DNA from: an uncultured Microthrixaceae bacterium
GTDB lineage: Bacteria; Actinomycetota; Acidimicrobiia; Acidimicrobiales; CAVOFX01
Direction: 5' to 3'
Length of the DNA stretch: 64,000 bases
NCBI GenBank assembly: GCA_963695115.1
Contig: CAVOFX010000002.1
Span: 4,427-68,426 of the forward strand
The notes beneath the pieces are model-generated. The model was given only the letters and a program-made list of their open reading frames with translations. It was not told the origin of the DNA and did no database searches. This document shows, piece by piece, positions 19,801-28,246 of this stretch. The translations under genes and the position numbers were made by a program. The number at the start of each line of letters is the position of its first letter. Within the stretch, counting starts at the first letter, position 1.

Positions 19801-20221
19801 CGACCTCTGGGCCACCGGGGTGTCACCCGACGGCCACCCGACCCGTTTCGTCCGCCGTCTCCTCGACGAGCGGGGCGTGGTGACCTCGGAGGGACTGAAG
19901 ACCCTCGACCACGGGGACAAGGTGCTGGTGGCCGGGGTGGTCACCCATCGGCAGCGACCGGCGACCGCCGGAGGCACGACCTTCCTCAACCTCGAGGACG
20001 AGACCGGCCTGGTGAACGTGGTGGTGTCGCGGGGCTGCTGGACCCGTTACGCCCAACTGGCCCGATCGGCGCCGGCGCTCTTGGTGCGGGGGCGTCTCGA
20101 GCGGGCCGGGGGAGTGGTGAACGTGGTGGCCGAGAAGCTCGAGCTGCTGCCGGTCGGTGGGACACGCCGGCGCGACGCTTCGCCGGGCGAGCCGGTGCTG
20201 CGCTCACGCGACTTCCGTTGA
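16828..20221 (+). pseudogene. dnaE2: error-prone DNA polymerase III alpha subunit DnaE2, apparent +1 frameshift near 17165-17170
   Basis: The N-terminus [18 protein letters not shown]...[55 protein letters not shown] is in the ORF 16783 frame. The sequence then continues as [13 protein letters not shown]...[19 protein letters not shown]...[22 protein letters not shown]... to SRDFR* in the ORF 16568..20221 frame. Confidence 0.9.
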
Positions 20222-20238
20222 GATCGCAGCGACCCCCG

Positions 20239-20538
20239 TCAGCGGAGCACCTGGGAGAGCTCTCCGATGGCCTGGGCGATCGCGAGATGGGCTTCAGCAG
20301 TCTCGGTATCGGGCAGCCCGGAGGCCTTGTCGTTCACCTGCTCCGCCAAGAGGCGGAGGCGGGTCGACACGTCGTAGGCCTCGGCCTGCGTCACGTCGAT
20401 GCGGTCGCCACGGAGAAGCGGGGCGATCTGCTCGGCCTGGAGGCAGAGCGCCTGGGCGGCCTCCACCGGGTCGAGTCGCTCGTCGAGCACGGCCCGGGCG
20501 GTCTCCATCACCATCTTCACCCGAGTCTCGGGATGCAC
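20239..20538 (-). CDS. small helical hypothetical protein (99 aa)
   Basis: The composition is coding-like (MHPETRVKMVMETARAVLDERLDPVEAAQALCLQAEQIAPLL...). It lies convergent with dnaE2. Confidence 0.55.
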   Translation of the reverse strand: MHPETRVKMVMETARAVLDERLDPVEAAQALCLQAEQIAPLLRGDRIDVTQAEAYDVSTRLRLLAEQVNDKASGLPDTETAEAHLAIAQAIGELSQVLR

Positions 20539-20673
20539 GCGCTCACTCTGCCACGCCAGGGTCGGTCGACGGGTGGAGCTGCCACGCCAGCGTCGGCACA
20601 GCGCGACGGGCGGACCTCCGGGCGATCGACGCGCTCTGCACGCCGCCTCGGCGCCGTCGACCCGGCGCGGAGC

Positions 20674-21234
20674 TCAGTCGGTGGTGCTCACCGCCGGTGC
20701 CTCGCGGACCGCGGGCTCGACCTCGAAGTACTCCTCCTCGGTGAAGTGGAAGAGCCGGGCGACGATGTTGGAGGGGATCGATTGCACCCGCCGGTTCAGG
20801 TCGCGCACGTTGTTGTTGTAGAAGCGACGGGCGGCCTGGATGCGGTTCTCGGTGGTGACCAGCTCGCGCTGCAGCTCGAGGAAGTGCTGGGAGGCCTTGA
20901 GGTCGGGATAGGCCTCCGCCACGGCGAAGAGGTGCTTCAGCGAGTCGACCAGGAGGTTCTCGTCCTGGGCCTGCGAAGCGGCGCTCCCCTGGTTGGCGAA
21001 CGCCCGCGTCCGGGCCTCGGTCACCTGCTGGAGGGTGGCCTGCTCGTGCGCGGCGTAGCCCTTCACGGTCTCGACCAGGTTCGGGATGAGGTCGTAGCGC
21101 CGTCGCAGCTCGGTGTCGACGTTCGCCCAGGAGTTGCGGATGTACTGCTTCTGGCTGACGAAGCGGTTGTACGAGAGGAAGAAGGCGAGGGCCAGCAGCA
21201 AGAGCAGAACGATCACCGCCGCGACGACGCCCAC
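20674..21234 (-). CDS. lemA: LemA family protein
   Basis: There is an N-terminal TM segment, then YNRFVSQKQYIRNSWANVDTELRRRYDLIPNLVETVKGYAAHEQATL...AEAYPDLKASQHFLELQRELVTTENRIQAARRFYNNNVRDLN. Confidence 0.9.
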   Translation of the reverse strand: MGVVAAVIVLLLLLALAFFLSYNRFVSQKQYIRNSWANVDTELRRRYDLIPNLVETVKGYAAHEQATLQQVTEARTRAFANQGSAASQAQDENLLVDSLKHLFAVAEAYPDLKASQHFLELQRELVTTENRIQAARRFYNNNVRDLNRRVQSIPSNIVARLFHFTEEEYFEVEPAVREAPAVSTTD

Positions 21235-21274
21235 GTCCCGACCTTACCGCCCCGGGATCGGAGCCTCCTGCTCC

Positions 21275-21649
21275 CGTGGTGTCAGTGCCCGCCACCGGGT
21301 CGTCGGCACGGCCGAGACCGCCGACGGCACCCCGCACGCCTTCGTCTGGGACGATGGGGCGATGGTCGACATCGGAGCCGCCCTGGCAGGAGCGAACGAG
21401 TCCCACGCCTACGGCGTCAACGACTCCGGCCAGGTCGTGGGCTGGTACCTCGACGCAGCGGGCCACGCCCAGGGCTTCTTGTGGCACGACGGCGACGTCA
21501 TCGCACCGCTCGGCGACCTCGGCGGCGGCGAGGCCAAGGCCTACGCCATCAACGACCACGGGCTGATCACCGGGAGCTCGCGCCTCGCCTCGGGAGCGTG
21601 GCACGCCTTCTTGCGCGGAGGGCCCGACCCCTCGGGAGGTGGGTCGTGA
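21275..21649 (+). pseudogene. HAF-repeat protein fragment (about 3 repeats; no credible start or signal peptide)
   Basis: ...VVGTAETADGTPHAFVWDDGAMVDIGAALAGANESHAYGVNDSGQVVGWYLDAAGHAQGFLWHDGDVIAPLGDLGGGEAKAYAINDHGLITGSSRLASGAWHAFL matches the HAF extracellular-repeat pattern. The in-frame upstream sequence runs antisense into lemA. Confidence 0.5.
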
Positions 21650-21717
21650 AGCGCTCCCGTGTCGGTGCCCGGCCCTGGAGTTGGGCGGTCTCGGCGAAAC
21701 CCATCGGAGGTGCAGCT

Positions 21718-22587
21718 GTGAGGGATGTGCGACGACACCTGCGCCCCGGCGCCGTGGCCCTCGTGGCGGCGGTGCTGGCGTTCGCGGGCTGCGGTGACGC
21801 CGACGAGGTCGAGTCTGCCCAGAGCACCACCGCCCCCACGACCACCTCCGCGCCCGAGAGCACGACGACGACCACGACCGCCCCGGAGCCCGCCACCGCT
21901 CCGACCAACCCTCCCAAGCCCGACGTCTGCGCACCCGACATGGGAAGCACCCTGCAGGCCCAATACGCCTTCTACCCCTATCCGGACTTCCCCTACCCGC
22001 CCGAGGGCTGGGAGGAGCCGGACCGCGACGTCTTCGACTGGGACGGAGACGGCACCACGGACACCCTCGTCCTCGCCGACGACACCGTCACCCTCACCTG
22101 GGCCACGGGCCAGGTCGTGGTCACCGGCGTGCAGACCGACTACCTCTCCCGCCCCGCGGTCGACGACGACGGGAGGGAGTTCCACTTCTACCCGAACACC
22201 TACGGCGAGGCGGAGCTGGCGGCCAGGCACATCCCCGCGGCGGTGGGCGACGTGACGGGCGACGGGCTCGGCGACCTCGTCGTGTTCCACGGCGGCCACA
22301 CAGCGGTGATGATCGGCCAGGGCGCCGCCACACCGTCTCGGACCCTCGCCTTCGACGACGTGGGGCGCACCACCCTCGGCTGGAGGTCTCCGCCGGTGCG
22401 TTTGGCCGGAGGGGATCGCGTCGTCGACCAAGACGACTTCTTGTTCCCGGCACCAGTCGGTGACCTGGCGGTCCTGTGGGATGTCAATGGGGATGGTGCC
22501 AGGGAGTTCTCGGTCAGCAGATTCGAGGAGCGCAGTGTTCATTCGGCCTACTTGGCCGGGGTGCTGTGCGACCTACCGCCCGGGTAG
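21718..22587 (+). CDS. FG-GAP/VCBS-like repeat lipoprotein, paralog 1
   Basis: A GGAGG lies 7 nt upstream of the GTG at 21718. The lipobox is LAFAGCG, followed by a Thr/Pro-rich linker and DxDGDG-type motifs (FDWDGDGTTD, GDVTGDGLGDLVV, WDVNGDGAREF). This is the last ~290 aa of track ORF 19642..22587. Confidence 0.8.
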   Translation: MRDVRRHLRPGAVALVAAVLAFAGCGDADEVESAQSTTAPTTTSAPESTTTTTTAPEPATAPTNPPKPDVCAPDMGSTLQAQYAFYPYPDFPYPPEGWEEPDRDVFDWDGDGTTDTLVLADDTVTLTWATGQVVVTGVQTDYLSRPAVDDDGREFHFYPNTYGEAELAARHIPAAVGDVTGDGLGDLVVFHGGHTAVMIGQGAATPSRTLAFDDVGRTTLGWRSPPVRLAGGDRVVDQDDFLFPAPVGDLAVLWDVNGDGAREFSVSRFEERSVHSAYLAGVLCDLPPG

Positions 22588-22662
22588 GGATCCAGAGACC
22601 CCGGGCCCCCCGGGCCGGCCCGTCGCTCACCACTACGCTCGGCGGCGATCGGGGGTCGACCC

Positions 22663-23538
22663 ATGGGAGATCTGCGCACACACCTGCTGAGCCAACACCT
22701 GCGCCCCGGCGCCGTGGCCCTCGTGGCGGCGGTGCTGGCGTTCGCGGGCTGCGGTGACGCCGACGAGGTCGAGTCGGCGAAGAGCAGCACCACGCTCGCC
22801 ACGACCACCTCGGTGCCCGAGAGCACGACGACGACCACGACCGCCCCGGAGCCCGCGACCCCGCCGACCAACCCCCCCAAGCCCGACGTCTGCGCACCCG
22901 ACATGGGTACAACCCGGATGTTCAAGTATGCGTATCCGGGCCATGGGGACTTCCCCTACCCGCCCGAGGGCTGGGAGGAGCCGGACCGTGACGTCTTCGA
23001 TTGGGACGGCGACGGCACCACGGACACCCTCGCCCTCGCCGACGACACCGTCACCCTCACCTGGGCCACGGGCCAGGTCGTGGTCACCGGCGTGCAGACC
23101 GACTACCTCTCCCGCCCCGCGGTCGACGACGACGGAGAGGAGTACCGGGTTCACGAGAGATCGGACGGTACGGTCCCGACGCACATCCCCGCGGCGGTGG
23201 GCGACGTCACGGGCGACGGGCTCGCCGACCTCGTCGTGTTCCACGGCGGCCACACAGCGGTGATGATCGGCCAGGGCGCCGCCACACCGTCGGAGACCCT
23301 CGCCTTCGACGACGTGGGGCGCACCACCCTCGGCTGGAGGTCTCCGCCTTTCAGGCCGCCTGGTTTGGACGGAGTTGTCACCGAAGAGGATCGGCTCACC
23401 CCCGCGCCGGTCGGTGACGTGGCGGTCTTGTGGGACGCGGACGGAGACGGCGCGAACGAGCTCTCGATCACGCGGTGGCATGATCGTTCCGGGCCTAGCA
23501 TCATCCACTTCGCGGGAGTCCCCTGCGACCTGCCCTAG
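22663..23538 (+). CDS. FG-GAP/VCBS-like repeat lipoprotein, paralog 2
   Basis: 291 aa with the same signal peptide, lipobox, linker and core as paralog 1. Long stretches are about 97-100% identical at nucleotide level, offset 960-963 bp, and are interrupted by divergent patches. Confidence 0.85.
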   Translation: MGDLRTHLLSQHLRPGAVALVAAVLAFAGCGDADEVESAKSSTTLATTTSVPESTTTTTTAPEPATPPTNPPKPDVCAPDMGTTRMFKYAYPGHGDFPYPPEGWEEPDRDVFDWDGDGTTDTLALADDTVTLTWATGQVVVTGVQTDYLSRPAVDDDGEEYRVHERSDGTVPTHIPAAVGDVTGDGLADLVVFHGGHTAVMIGQGAATPSETLAFDDVGRTTLGWRSPPFRPPGLDGVVTEEDRLTPAPVGDVAVLWDADGDGANELSITRWHDRSGPSIIHFAGVPCDLP

Positions 23539-23555
23539 GTGTGGTTGCGTCAGCG

Positions 23556-24233
23556 CTATCCGGCGGCCTGCCTCGGCGGGTACAGCTCCCAGACGAGGTC
23601 GGGGATGTGCGAGCGGATGGCGTCCGACCGCTGCACCAGCGCCAACGTCTGGGGAGGTGAGACCCGGTCGAAGGTCTCCAGCATCCAGGACCCGCCGACC
23701 TCGAGGCCGTCGTCGATCCCGGAGCGCAGGAGGACATCCATCATCGTCGGATCGAGGAACGCCGTCGCGAAGCGGCGATCCGCGCAGCGCACCTCGAAGG
23801 CCCGGTTGAACTCCTCCGACTCGAGCTCGATGTCCCTCAGCCCGACGAAGTCCTTGAACCGGTTGAAGAGGCCCTCGCGCTCGACCCCGAGGTTCGGCCA
23901 CGCCGTACCGAGGTAGCTCATGACGCAGGTCTTGTTGTGGGTCTGGGAATTCTTCCCCGAGCCCGTCGTGTAGGTGTAGTCGAAGGCCCGGACCTCGGAC
24001 CCGTCGACGGGGCTGCGGCCCACCAACACGTTGCGGACCTTCCGGCTGTGGCCCCGGCGGAAGACCTCGAAGGGGAGCCCGAGGGTCCCGAACGGATCCT
24101 GCGGGTAGTAGCTCAGCCCGTGGGTCCGTGCCAGGGTCTCGAACTGGCGGCGCCTGCGCCGTTCGATCTCGTATGCGAGGAAGAGGATGGCCGCGACGGA
24201 GGCACCGACCAAGAGGAAGAACAGCGCACCCAC
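23556..24233 (-). CDS. membrane-anchored DUF3137-like protein
   Basis: There is an N-terminal TM segment (GALFFLLVGASVAAILFLAY). The motif ...LESEEFNRAFEVRCADRRFATAFLDPTMMDVLL matches my memory of DUF3137, a family commonly next to LemA. Confidence 0.7.
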   Translation of the reverse strand: MGALFFLLVGASVAAILFLAYEIERRRRRQFETLARTHGLSYYPQDPFGTLGLPFEVFRRGHSRKVRNVLVGRSPVDGSEVRAFDYTYTTGSGKNSQTHNKTCVMSYLGTAWPNLGVEREGLFNRFKDFVGLRDIELESEEFNRAFEVRCADRRFATAFLDPTMMDVLLRSGIDDGLEVGGSWMLETFDRVSPPQTLALVQRSDAIRSHIPDLVWELYPPRQAAG

Positions 24234-24258
24234 GGGGAGGATCTTCCCAGAAAGCGGA

Positions 24259-24879
24259 TCAGTCCGCGGTGGAGGGGGCCGATTCGGTCGTCGCCGGGAT
24301 CCCGGTGGCGGTCGCGGTCAGGACGGCACGGGATCCCGGTGCCGAGTCGAGCGCGCCGACGATCTCGATCGGCCCCATCGCATCGGTGACAGCGGGGGGC
24401 TCCGTGAGGGCGTACAGGGTGAGGTTGACCTGGAGCGACTCCCCCGGCCCGGGGCACGGGCCGGCCCAACCGGTGCCACCTTCGGTGTTGGGGCCCTCTC
24501 GCCCGCCGAGGGGGAGTGCTCCCTCGGCGGTACCGACCGACGTCGGATCGATCCCCGGCAACACCCAGTGGACGTCCATCCCGTCCTCGGTCGGGGTGGA
24601 GACCACCAGGGCCAGCTCGACCGTGCCCTCGGGAACGGCGGACCACGAGAGCGCAGGGGAGAGGTCCTCGCCGTTGCAGGTGTGGCGAGCGGGCAGCTCG
24701 CCGCCCGGGGTGAACGCCTGGCTGGACAGTGAGAAGACGCCGACCAGCGATGTCGGGGCCTGGGTCGTCGAGCTGGTCGGTCTCGGCGAGGTGGCACCCG
24801 GGGGAGGATCCCGCAGCTCGGTGCCCGAGGAGCCACAGGCCGCGAGGAGGAGGAGGGAGGCGATCAGCAGAGGGCGCAC
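24259..24879 (-). CDS. YbhB/YbcL-family (PEBP, Raf kinase inhibitor-like) lipoprotein
   Basis: The lipobox is LLLLAACGS. Motifs: FTPGGELPARHTCNGEDLSPALSWSAVPEGT...HWVLPGIDP...GWAGPCPGPGE...YALT. Confidence 0.8.
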   Translation of the reverse strand: MRPLLIASLLLLAACGSSGTELRDPPPGATSPRPTSSTTQAPTSLVGVFSLSSQAFTPGGELPARHTCNGEDLSPALSWSAVPEGTVELALVVSTPTEDGMDVHWVLPGIDPTSVGTAEGALPLGGREGPNTEGGTGWAGPCPGPGESLQVNLTLYALTEPPAVTDAMGPIEIVGALDSAPGSRAVLTATATGIPATTESAPSTAD

Positions 24880-24886
24880 TGGGGGT

Positions 24887-25466
24887 TCAGCCGGTCTCGA
24901 AGGATGCCCGCAGCTCGGCCCGATCGATGGTCAGCTCCTCGATGGCGTCGACCGCCTCGGGACCGGGGGTCTCGGCGGTGATGTCGGGTGTGGCCGACAT
25001 CGCGTGGAGGGTGAAGACGTAGGTGTGGGGCTCCCCAGGTGGTGGAGCAGGGCCACCCCAGCCAACCTCACCGAACTGGTTGAGCCCCTCGGTCGCCCCG
25101 GTGGGGAGCTCCCCCTCGGCGAGCTCGAGCGAGGACGTCGCGATCCCTGTCACCACCCAGTGCACGAAGTTGGCGGCGTCCGGATCGACCACGGTGATCG
25201 CCAGCTCCTCGGCGGCGGACGGTACGCCCTCCCAGCTCAGCGGAGGGGAGACGTTGCCACCGTCCCACGAGTGCTGGTCGGGTATGGGATCGCCTTCCGC
25301 GAACGCCGGGCTGGTGACGCGCGAGCTCGACGGTCTCGGCCGTCTCCTGCGAGGTGGCCGTCGTCCCATCGTTCGACCCGGAGTCACCGGTCTCGTCGGA
25401 CCCGCAGGCTCCGGTGAGGAGGGCCAGGAAGATGAGCACGACCAGCGATCGGCGCACGGCCGACAT
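24887..25466 (-). pseudogene. second PEBP/YbhB-family lipoprotein, apparent frameshift near 25335
   Basis: The N-terminus MSAVRRSLVVLIFLALLTGACGSDETGDS...ETVELAR is in the frame of ORF 25068..26996. The body VTSPAFAEGDPIPDQHSWDGGNVSPPLSWEGVP...HWVVTGI...GWGGPAPPPGEPHTYVFTLHA is in the frame of ORF 24887..26047. Confidence 0.75.
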
Positions 25467-25577
25467 CGTACGCGATGGGTGGGCCGAGATTGCGCAGGGT
25501 GAATGAGGCGCGGCCCGCGGAGGTGCGTGGAGCAGACTGGTCCAGGCGACGAACTCCTGCAGTCGCCGACCAGAGCC

Positions 25578-26822
25578 ATGTCCCAGCGACTTCTTCCTCT
25601 CCGCGCCCGGTTGGGCAGCCTGTCGGGTCCGGGTGCGTCGGATGCCCGGCAGGGCTTCGTCGCGCTCAGCATCGGGCTCGCGGCGTCGCTCGTGGCCGGC
25701 CTCACCCTCGGCTCGATCAACGCCACGCTCGAGGAGCTCCCGGGCCTTCTGGTGCTGGTGCCCGCGGCCATCGGGCTGCGGGGGACGATATTCGGTGCGC
25801 TCGGGGCCCGACTGTCCACGTCCATCCACACGGGTACCTTCAGCGTCTCCCCACGACCGGACACGACCGTCGGACAGAACATCCTCGCATCGGGGGTGCT
25901 CACCGTCGTCACCTCCGTGGCACTCGCCTTCCTGGCGAAGGCCACCGCCGTCGGCTTCGGCGTCGACAACAGCATCTCGGTGATCGACTTCCTGGTGATC
26001 TCGGTGGTCGGCGGGGTGGTCTCGTCGCTGATCGTGCTCGGCATCACGGTCGGCCTGGCCGCGAGCAGCGTCCGCTACGGGTGGGACAGCGACAACGTGA
26101 TGGCTCCGCTCGTGACCGCGGCGGGAGACATGGTGACGCTGCCACTGCTCTACCTGGCGTCGTACCTCGTCGAGTGGGAGGTCCTCTCCGCGGTCATCGC
26201 TGCGGGAGGCGCCGTCGGGGCCGCGGTGGTGCTGGTGGTGGCGCTGCGGAGCCGGCTCACTCTGCTGAAGGGCATCGTGCGCGAGTCGGTGCCGGTCGTG
26301 ATCGTCGCCGGGTCGCTCTCGCTGGTGGCGGGGCTCACACTGGAGGGCAGGCTGGACGCGCTCGTCGAGCACCCGGCGCTGCTGGCTCTGGTCCCACCCT
26401 TCCTCGCCAGCGCCGGGGCGGTCGGAGGCATCCTCTCGAGCCGCCTGACGAGCAAGCTCCACCTCGGGCTCGTCCAACCTCTCGGTGTGCCGGCCCGCCC
26501 GGCTCGCTCGGACATCAGCCTCGCCTACCTGCTCGCGGTCCCGACGTTCGCCCTGGCATCGCTGGTCGCGGATCTGGCGGCGTTCCTGATCGACCTGAAC
26601 AGCCCTGGCCCTCTGGACATGGTCCTCGTCGCCGTCTTGGGTGGGCTGCTGGCCACGACCTGTGCTGTCGTGATCGCCTACTACAGCACGATCGCGACCT
26701 TTCGTGTCGGCTTCGATCCCGACAACTTCGCGATCCCGATCGTCACCTCCTCTATCGACCTGCTCGGGAGCGTCTCGTTCGTGATCGCCGTGACGATCTT
26801 CGTCACGCCTGGAGGAGGATGA
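25578..26822 (+). CDS. MgtE-like divalent cation transporter, duplicated transmembrane domain only (SLC41-like)
   Basis: Two copies of the MgtE TM-domain pattern are present: LPGLLVLVPAAIGLRGTIFGALGARLST...DNVMAPLVTAAGDMVTLPLLY and ALLALVPPFLASAGAVGGILSSRLTSKLH...DPDNFAIPIVTSSIDLLG. No N-terminal MgtE-N or CBS domains are visible. I chose the ATG at 25578. Confidence 0.8.
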   Translation: MSQRLLPLRARLGSLSGPGASDARQGFVALSIGLAASLVAGLTLGSINATLEELPGLLVLVPAAIGLRGTIFGALGARLSTSIHTGTFSVSPRPDTTVGQNILASGVLTVVTSVALAFLAKATAVGFGVDNSISVIDFLVISVVGGVVSSLIVLGITVGLAASSVRYGWDSDNVMAPLVTAAGDMVTLPLLYLASYLVEWEVLSAVIAAGGAVGAAVVLVVALRSRLTLLKGIVRESVPVVIVAGSLSLVAGLTLEGRLDALVEHPALLALVPPFLASAGAVGGILSSRLTSKLHLGLVQPLGVPARPARSDISLAYLLAVPTFALASLVADLAAFLIDLNSPGPLDMVLVAVLGGLLATTCAVVIAYYSTIATFRVGFDPDNFAIPIVTSSIDLLGSVSFVIAVTIFVTPGGG

Positions 26823-26917
26823 GATGCCCACTGACTCGTCATTCCGGCGGACGCCGCGCACGCACCGTCCTATGCTGGAGATGCCCACTGCCCACCGGGT
26901 GAGGGGGTGAACGCACG

Positions 26918-28159
26918 ATGGAAGAACGCCCCCGCAACCTGAAGGCCATGCTCTCGGAGGCAAAGGACCTCTCCGAGACCATGGTCGACATCGCATACGC
27001 CGCCGTGTACTTCGGCGACCGCGAGATGGCCGAAGAGGTCTTCCACCTCGAGGACCGGATGTCCGAGCTGATCCAGGACATGAGGGCCGTGTGCATCCTG
27101 GCGGCGCGCAGCCCGAAGGAAGCGGACGGGATGTCGTCGGTGCTCCAGGTGATCAGCGCGATCGAGCGCATCGGCAACGACGCGACCGACATCGCCAGGG
27201 TGGTCACACACGAGCTGGGCATCCCGGCCGAGCTCGTCTCGGACCTCTCGGATGCGGAGGAGGTCTCGCACCGGGTGGTGGTCCGCGAGGGATCCCACAT
27301 GGCACATCGCCCCCTGTCCGCTCTGGAGATGCCCGTGCAGTGCGGCTTCCGGGTGATGGCGATCCGGCGAGAGAGGGACTGGATCACCGACGTCCACGGG
27401 GAGACCGTGCTGGTGCCCGATGACGTGCTCTTCCTGGAAGGCCCACCTGCCGGGATCGTGCGCCTGCGGCAGCTGGCCGCGGCGCCTCTCTGGGAGCCGC
27501 AGCCCGTGCCCGGCGACGGGACCTTCACCGACCTCGACCGGGCAGTGGATGTGCTTGTCGAGATGAAGAACATCTCCGAGGTCGCAGTCGGCCTCGCGTA
27601 CTCGGCGCTCGTCTTCCGCGACGCCGGTCTCGCTGCAGAGGTTCGCCACCTGGAGGATCGCCTCGACGAGATGAAGGACCGCCTCCAGCTCTGGGTCCTC
27701 CGGGCGGGCGGCCACGAAGTCGACCCTTCGCCGCTGCGAGGCCTGCTCCAGCTCTCGCAGGCGGCCGAGGACATCGGTGATCAGGCCCAACAGATGGTGT
27801 GGCTGATAGAGAAGCGCGAGGAGGTGCACCCGATCCTCTCGATAGCGCTGGGAGACAGCGACGAGGTGATCATGCGGGTGCCGGTGGCGCCCGGTGCGGC
27901 GAGCGACGGGGCGACGCTGTCGGAGCTGCAGCTCAACATCGAGCCCGGGTTCCACGTGCTGGCGGTCCGTCGGGGTGGTCGCTACTTCTACCGACCTCGG
28001 GGACGGGTGCAGCTGCAGGCCGGGGACGAGATCATCGCCGCGGGTCCCGACGAGGGTCGTGAGCCCCTAGCGAAGCGACTCGGGTGGCGGTTCGAGCTCG
28101 ACGAGGAGACAGGGGAGTCGGAGCTCCGCCCCCTGCCGGTCTCAGCCGCCAAGAACTGA
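26918..28159 (+). CDS. cytoplasmic regulator with 2x (PhoU-like + TrkA-C/RCK_C) domains
   Basis: 413 aa with an internally duplicated pattern. The first copy is SETMVDIAYAAVYFGDREMAEEV.HLEDRMSEL...ERIGNDATDIA followed by a TrkA-C-like segment. The second copy is EVAVGLAYSALVFRDAGLAAEVRHLEDRLDEM...AEDIGDQAQ followed by a TrkA-C-like segment. Confidence 0.75.
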   Translation: MEERPRNLKAMLSEAKDLSETMVDIAYAAVYFGDREMAEEVFHLEDRMSELIQDMRAVCILAARSPKEADGMSSVLQVISAIERIGNDATDIARVVTHELGIPAELVSDLSDAEEVSHRVVVREGSHMAHRPLSALEMPVQCGFRVMAIRRERDWITDVHGETVLVPDDVLFLEGPPAGIVRLRQLAAAPLWEPQPVPGDGTFTDLDRAVDVLVEMKNISEVAVGLAYSALVFRDAGLAAEVRHLEDRLDEMKDRLQLWVLRAGGHEVDPSPLRGLLQLSQAAEDIGDQAQQMVWLIEKREEVHPILSIALGDSDEVIMRVPVAPGAASDGATLSELQLNIEPGFHVLAVRRGGRYFYRPRGRVQLQAGDEIIAAGPDEGREPLAKRLGWRFELDEETGESELRPLPVSAAKN

Positions 28160-28246
28160 CCGCCAGCCTCCGACCGGGATCAGCGCCGGAGGCGCCGCGC
28201 CATCCCGGCCGGCCCGAGATGCGAAGGTCCTCCGTGGCGCAGCGCG

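Noticed and set aside
19642-21717. Upstream 690 aa of the 981-aa track ORF 19642..22587.
   Set aside because: It runs out of frame through the dnaE2 3' end, then antisense through the small ORF and lemA, and then out of frame through the HAF-repeat fragment. Only the last ~290 aa, from the GTG at 21718 with a GGAGG RBS and signal peptide, look like a real protein.
21718-23538. Diversity-generating retroelement (DGR) as the source of the hypervariable patches in the two lipoprotein paralogs.
   Set aside because: There is no reverse transcriptase, no template-repeat/variable-repeat pair with adenine-specific substitutions, and the divergent patches include length changes.
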